This document shows positions 34,891-38,925 of a stretch of 38,925 nt of DNA, piece after piece (position 1 is the first letter of the stretch; every line of letters starts with the position of its first letter). The position numbers and the translations under genes were made by a program. The stretch spans positions 1-38,925 of the forward strand of contig CAZPCO010000001.1 in assembly GCA_964585025.1 (NCBI GenBank), given 5' to 3'. The notes below the pieces were generated by a model. That model was given only the letters and a program-made list of their open reading frames with translations, was not told the origin of the DNA and did no database searches. This stretch comes from an uncultured bacterium (lineage in GTDB: Bacteria; Muiribacteriota; Ozemobacteria; Ozemobacterales; Ozemobacteraceae).

Positions 34891-36408
34891 ATGGCACAAA
34901 TTTTGAATAGAAAAAGCAGAATACTGATCGGGTTGCTGGCCATGCTGCTGGCAGCTGTTCTGGTGCCGGCCGAAGCCAATGATGCATTCCGGCTGGATTT
35001 TGACTATGACTCGAGATCCTTTGTTGAAAGTGCCAGACGCGACTGGAGTGCTTACGTGTACAATATTGCCACCTCGACCCCGGCGTTCGAAAAGAGGCAA
35101 TATGATAAAAGCTTTCTGGGTACAACCAGTGATATGTATTTTGCGCTGAAGGGTGATCTGAGCGAGACTCACTATCTTGATATCAAGGAAAACCTTTATT
35201 ATCGACATTATAATGAAAACGAATTTGGCGCCCGCGACTATTCATCCTTCAGATACGGTGAACTTGATCATCTGCTCAATGTTACCTGGGGTATCGCAGC
35301 TGGCGACCATGACTATTTTCAGCTTGATTATTTCAACAACATTCTCGACCTGCCCGATCTCGACACTCTGAATTTTTCTGCCAACCGGGGTCGGGCGCAG
35401 CTGACGCATGAATTCAGTCAGCGTACCTGTTTCAGTCTTATTGGCGCGTTCGAGGAACGTGAATACGATGTCGACACCGATTTGAGTTTCCGCGAAGGCC
35501 GTGCCGGTTTCGAGATTGCTTCACGACTCCCCGGGCATGATCGCTATCTGCCGGTTGCCGCCTCTGCAAGAGGCGAAAAAGAATACTTCGTCAATTTTCC
35601 CGGTGCTATGTCGGCCAGAAAAGCGATCGGTTATTATACTGACTTTGCGACAAATCCTCGTGATGATGACCCGCGTGCCAGATATATGCGTGAAAGAAGA
35701 CGCGGAGAGTTATTTCTACGGGCGTTTGGTGATTTCATTGCCCGTGAATACACCACTGTCGATAATGAAGCCAGCGAGATTTCGACCGGCTTCGAAACTG
35801 CTTATGATGCCGCAGCCGATTTAACTTTGCGGTTGCGAGATACCTGGCAGAAAGCTGATTTTGACCAGGAAAGACCTTCTCTTTTCCATCATGACCGGCA
35901 GAGCAACTGCATGGCTCTTGCTCTCGACTACTATTACAGCGCCAATATGGCACAAACTCTTACTCTAAGCGATGAGACACAGAAATTTTCTGCAAGTCCA
36001 GATGAAAATTATCGCATCAATGCACTCACCTATGATGGCTTTTTTGCCTACGGGCGTTCGAGTGCATCGTTGAATATGAGTGCGCTGCGCCGTCGCTACG
36101 ACGAACCGCGGCGTTTCTACCCTGATGAAGATGAATGGCGGGTCATTCTAGGTTACGATTACCTGTTTACCGATTCCTTTCGCTTTAGAATGAAATCCGA
36201 ATTCATCAATCGTGATTATCTGGAATTTGAAGATTATCTTTATTCGACTCATACACGAAATGCCTGGAGAATAGGTGTTGAGAAGGCATTTTCTTCTTCA
36301 AATTCGGTAGAATTGGCCTATCAGGAAGACAACGAGCGCAATGAACTGCATACTCAGAACAATGTAGAAGAAAAGACCGTTGGCCTGAGCTGGATTTCGC
36401 ATTATTAG
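34891..36408 (+). CDS. Putative outer-membrane beta-barrel protein
   Basis: The signal peptide is MAQILNRKSRILIGLLAMLLAAVLVPAEA. Aromatic-rich strand-like segments alternate throughout, with many Y/F/D/N/R residues. The C-terminus ends TVGLSWISHY, an aromatic terminal residue typical of OMPs. Confidence 0.7.
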   Translation: MAQILNRKSRILIGLLAMLLAAVLVPAEANDAFRLDFDYDSRSFVESARRDWSAYVYNIATSTPAFEKRQYDKSFLGTTSDMYFALKGDLSETHYLDIKENLYYRHYNENEFGARDYSSFRYGELDHLLNVTWGIAAGDHDYFQLDYFNNILDLPDLDTLNFSANRGRAQLTHEFSQRTCFSLIGAFEEREYDVDTDLSFREGRAGFEIASRLPGHDRYLPVAASARGEKEYFVNFPGAMSARKAIGYYTDFATNPRDDDPRARYMRERRRGELFLRAFGDFIAREYTTVDNEASEISTGFETAYDAAADLTLRLRDTWQKADFDQERPSLFHHDRQSNCMALALDYYYSANMAQTLTLSDETQKFSASPDENYRINALTYDGFFAYGRSSASLNMSALRRRYDEPRRFYPDEDEWRVILGYDYLFTDSFRFRMKSEFINRDYLEFEDYLYSTHTRNAWRIGVEKAFSSSNSVELAYQEDNERNELHTQNNVEEKTVGLSWISHY

Positions 36409-36445
36409 AAACTGGGTGCGAACAATTTTAAATTCAGCGTTTTTG

Positions 36446-36474
36446 TTGTGGTCAATATGGGTCTGTGATACAAT
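36446..36474 (+). promoter_or_regulatory. Candidate extended -10 promoter immediately upstream of the YmdB-like gene (near-leaderless transcript)
   Basis: TTGTGG (36446-36451), a 17-nt spacer, then TGA-TACAAT (-10 at 36469-36474). ATG 36484 is only 10 nt downstream and has no SD. Confidence 0.3.
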
Positions 36475-36483
36475 TAATTGCCT

Positions 36484-37269
36484 ATGCTAGCCATTGCCTT
36501 TATGGGTGTCATTCAGCACGAGGTCGAACAGGCTCAGCTTCGCAGGCTGACAACATCGATCAGGGAAGACGCTGGCACGGGTTGTGTTATTGCATGTAAT
36601 GCAGCCGGTCTTTTCGCCAATGCCGCAAGGCTGGAGGCGCAGATCGAAATGCTCTTTGACAGTGGAATCGATGTGGTTTTTTCCGGAGAACAGGCTATAG
36701 GTCGTAATGCCGGGCGTACAGTGCTTACGAAGGCTGCCTGGCCCGTAATCAGGCCAATCAACCTTTCAGAGTCTGCCCCCGGAACCGGCGCTCTCCTTTT
36801 GAGTGCTGAAGGCGGTCAGGTCTGGATGGTCGGCATTGCTGATGGCACAGGAAAGATTCCGGTCTCGCTTCCACATACAATGCTCGAGAAATTTTTCAGA
36901 AACAAACCTGACAAGTTACCCGTAGTGTTAAATGTGGATGGTACGGATATTGAATATCGCAGAGCTTTGATGTGGCGGTTTGCCGGATGCGGCTGTAGCG
37001 TTCTTTTCTTCGGCAGTGGCAGTGGCTTTATGGCAGATCTTAACGGTCGTAATCGCGATGAATGCTTTCTGCAGCCTGATATAGGAGTAGTTGAAAATGA
37101 AGGGTCCATTGGTGGTATGACTCCTGAAATCTGGTGGCAGCGACATATTGATCGCTTTCCTGTGCCTGTTTCTCCAGGCTGGGGGTTGCTGCGCTGTGAC
37201 TATACTGTTGTCTGGCTTGACGAAAATGGAAAACCACATAAACATCTGCAGAAGACCATGAGAATATGA
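36484..37269 (+). CDS. YmdB-like (TIGR00282-type calcineurin-fold) protein with substituted metal-binding motifs, a probable pseudoenzyme
   Basis: It aligns by eye along its full length with B. subtilis YmdB: VIRPINLSESAPGTG vs LVRPANFPEGTPGKG, and DIGVVENEGSIGGMTPEIWWQRHIDRFPVPV vs DVGMTGPYDGILGMDRETIIKRFKTNLPVRF. The catalytic motifs are replaced: FIGD->AFMG, NGENAA->ACNAAG, GNH->GEQ and GTHTHV->GSGSGF. The ORF track starts at TTG 36478. Confidence 0.65.
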   Translation: MLAIAFMGVIQHEVEQAQLRRLTTSIREDAGTGCVIACNAAGLFANAARLEAQIEMLFDSGIDVVFSGEQAIGRNAGRTVLTKAAWPVIRPINLSESAPGTGALLLSAEGGQVWMVGIADGTGKIPVSLPHTMLEKFFRNKPDKLPVVLNVDGTDIEYRRALMWRFAGCGCSVLFFGSGSGFMADLNGRNRDECFLQPDIGVVENEGSIGGMTPEIWWQRHIDRFPVPVSPGWGLLRCDYTVVWLDENGKPHKHLQKTMRI

Positions 37270-37329
37270 TTTTTCTGCGATGAGGTTTCACTTACGGAAT
37301 ATTTGATTTAAGCAAGGAGACCACCGGGA

Positions 37330-38925
37330 GTGGCTGAAAGTTTGAAAGTGTTACATCAGCAGCTTCTTTATGAAGCTCAAAAGGAAATTCTTTCGAGCGG
37401 AAAGAATACCGATGTAATTCTTCAGGTTCTCAGTCGTACTTCTGTTGAGCTTTTTGGTAAAAAGGGCTTCGGCGTAATTTTTTACGACGCTTCGGCCCAG
37501 CTTTCGAGAATCAGATTCAACGACGGATTCAGTGAAAAATCGCTGAATTACCACTGCGAAGAACTCACCCGGACAAAACTTGAAAAGAAAGCCCTGGTTA
37601 CCGGTGCCGTTGCCGACGAAAATGGCGAAACCCACCTGCTGATTGCACTTGGGCCTCATGATGATCCGTTTGGAATACTTCTTCTCCATGAAATGCCAGG
37701 CGGAAGTCTGGCTTCGCTTGAAGCCTTCCGGGAACTGGCTACGACTTCGATCAGCACTTTTCTCGAAGTCGAACTTGTGCGTCTGCGCATGGAAGAAATG
37801 GGCGCTTTGCTCGAGGTTGGTCGTGTCGTAAGCTCGACTCTTGATTTACGCGAACTGTTGACCAAGATCATGAGCACTGCTACCAAGGTTATGCGCTGTG
37901 AAACGTCGACAGTTTATCTTGTTGATGACCAGACCAACGAACTTTATTTTCACATTGTTTCCGGTGATCCGAACGTTGGCGCTAAACTTCAGGAAATCCG
38001 TCTGCCTATGGGTACCGGTCTTGCCGGGTGGTGCGCGCAGAACAACAAACCAGTAATCGTGCCAGACACGGAAAAGGACCCGCGTTTTTTCAAGGGTGCC
38101 GATAAAAAGTCGGGGTTCGTCACCAGATCGATGATTTGTGTGCCGATGCGTTTGAAAGACAAAGTGGTCGGGGTTCTCCAGGTTCTGAACCGTACCGGGG
38201 TTATTCCATTCAACGACCATGATCTTGAAACCCTCGAAAACGTCGCCAATCAGGCAGTTTCTGCCATTGAAAACGCCAGGTTGTACGAAAATATTCAGAA
38301 GGTTTACCTCTCGACGATCGAAGTTCTTGCAACCGCGATCGATGCCAAAGACCCATACACCCAGGGGCATTCGCGCCGGGTAACCCAGTATTCAGTCGCT
38401 ATTGCCGAAGAACTGAATCTGACGCCCAAGGAAATCGAAAGCATCAGGTATGCCGGGCTGCTTCACGATGTCGGTAAAATCGGCATTAAAGACAGCATTA
38501 TCCGCAAACCTGGCAGACTTACCGACGAAGAATATGCCATTATCAAGAAACACCCTGCTATTGGTGCTAAAATTCTCAGACCGGTAGATTTTCTTGCCGA
38601 CAAAATTCCCGGGGTTCTGCATCATCACGAATATTATGACGGCCGGGGTTACCCTGAGCACCTGACCGGAGAAAACATTCCGCTTGCCGGCCGCATTATC
38701 TGCGTTGCCGATGCTTTCGATGCGATGACGACAAATCGTCCGTACCGCAAAGGCCTGACTGTTAAGACAGCGGTAGGTGAATTGCAGAAATTCTCCGGCA
38801 AACAGTTCGATCCTGTGTGTGTCGAAGCATTCATGAAGGCTTTCGATCGCAAACTCTTTCAGTATTTTGCCAAAGTTGAAGATACTGACGATATGGTGCT
38901 TATCGATGACGAAACCGAAAATCGC
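37330..38925 (+). CDS. GAF-GAF-HD-GYP c-di-GMP phosphodiesterase (3' end outside the window)
   Basis: It is not in the ORF track because frame 1 has no stop from 37312 to the window end. GTG 37330 is preceded by AAGGAGA (37314-37320), 9 nt upstream. GAF2 is TSTVYLVDDQTNELYFHIVSG...GTGLAGWCAQNNKPVIVPD...MICVPMRLKDKVVGVLQVLNR. The HD-GYP region contains DPYTQGHSRRV, GLLHDVGKIGI, HHHEYYDGRGYP (38620-38655) and VADAFDAMTTNRPYRK. Confidence 0.92.
   Translation, partial: MAESLKVLHQQLLYEAQKEILSSGKNTDVILQVLSRTSVELFGKKGFGVIFYDASAQLSRIRFNDGFSEKSLNYHCEELTRTKLEKKALVTGAVADENGETHLLIALGPHDDPFGILLLHEMPGGSLASLEAFRELATTSISTFLEVELVRLRMEEMGALLEVGRVVSSTLDLRELLTKIMSTATKVMRCETSTVYLVDDQTNELYFHIVSGDPNVGAKLQEIRLPMGTGLAGWCAQNNKPVIVPDTEKDPRFFKGADKKSGFVTRSMICVPMRLKDKVVGVLQVLNRTGVIPFNDHDLETLENVANQAVSAIENARLYENIQKVYLSTIEVLATAIDAKDPYTQGHSRRVTQYSVAIAEELNLTPKEIESIRYAGLLHDVGKIGIKDSIIRKPGRLTDEEYAIIKKHPAIGAKILRPVDFLADKIPGVLHHHEYYDGRGYPEHLTGENIPLAGRIICVADAFDAMTTNRPYRKGLTVKTAVGELQKFSGKQFDPVCVEAFMKAFDRKLFQYFAKVEDTDDMVLIDDETENR

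Noticed and set aside
34892-34907. TGGCAC-N5-TTGA, which resembles a sigma-54 promoter
   Set aside because: It overlaps the start codon of the OMP gene (aTGGCACaaattTTGa = MAQIL), and its -12 element is TTGA rather than TTGC. It cannot serve as that gene's promoter.
37351-38370. Two minus-strand ORFs from the track (37351..37689 and 37846..38370)
   Set aside because: Both are antisense to an uninterrupted plus-strand frame (37330 to the window end) encoding clear GAF and HD-GYP motifs. That frame is missing from the track only because it has no stop within the window.

Overview
This is a gene-dense chromosomal segment with 37 protein-coding calls; genes are cut at both window edges. It appears to come from a diderm-type, probably uncultivated-lineage bacterium, judged from sigma-54 machinery, an outer-membrane beta-barrel and many TPR/HEAT proteins.

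Housekeeping anchors:
- prfB (5'-truncated)
- an agmatinase
- a prepilin peptidase
- secG
- eno
- two adjacent Hsp20 genes
- an ECF sigma/anti-sigma pair

Accessory content:
- A minus-strand operon (about 8939->2509) encodes a TPR protein, a pilin-fold-like secreted protein, a solute-binding-protein::MalF-like permease fusion, an unknown periplasmic protein and a MalG-like permease.
- A 965-aa HEAT/TPR protein is translationally coupled to a secreted zinc-ribbon protein.
- The last 12.5 kb form a signalling island. It holds a 5-gene operon (43-codon sORF, output-less membrane sensor, two TPR-type proteins, CHASE2-GAF-GGDEF cyclase). It also holds a PAS-like/AAA+ sigma-54 activator, an OM beta-barrel gene, a catalytically degenerate YmdB-like protein, and a GAF-GAF-HD-GYP phosphodiesterase that runs off the 3' edge and is absent from the ORF track.

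I found no rRNA, tRNA, CRISPR array, transposase, integrase or phage genes.

The strongest non-coding signal is a consensus-perfect sigma-54 -24/-12 element with an upstream 12-bp palindrome in front of the tandem Hsp20 genes.

All functional calls rest on motif recognition by eye and on remembered family signatures. No database search or computation was possible.
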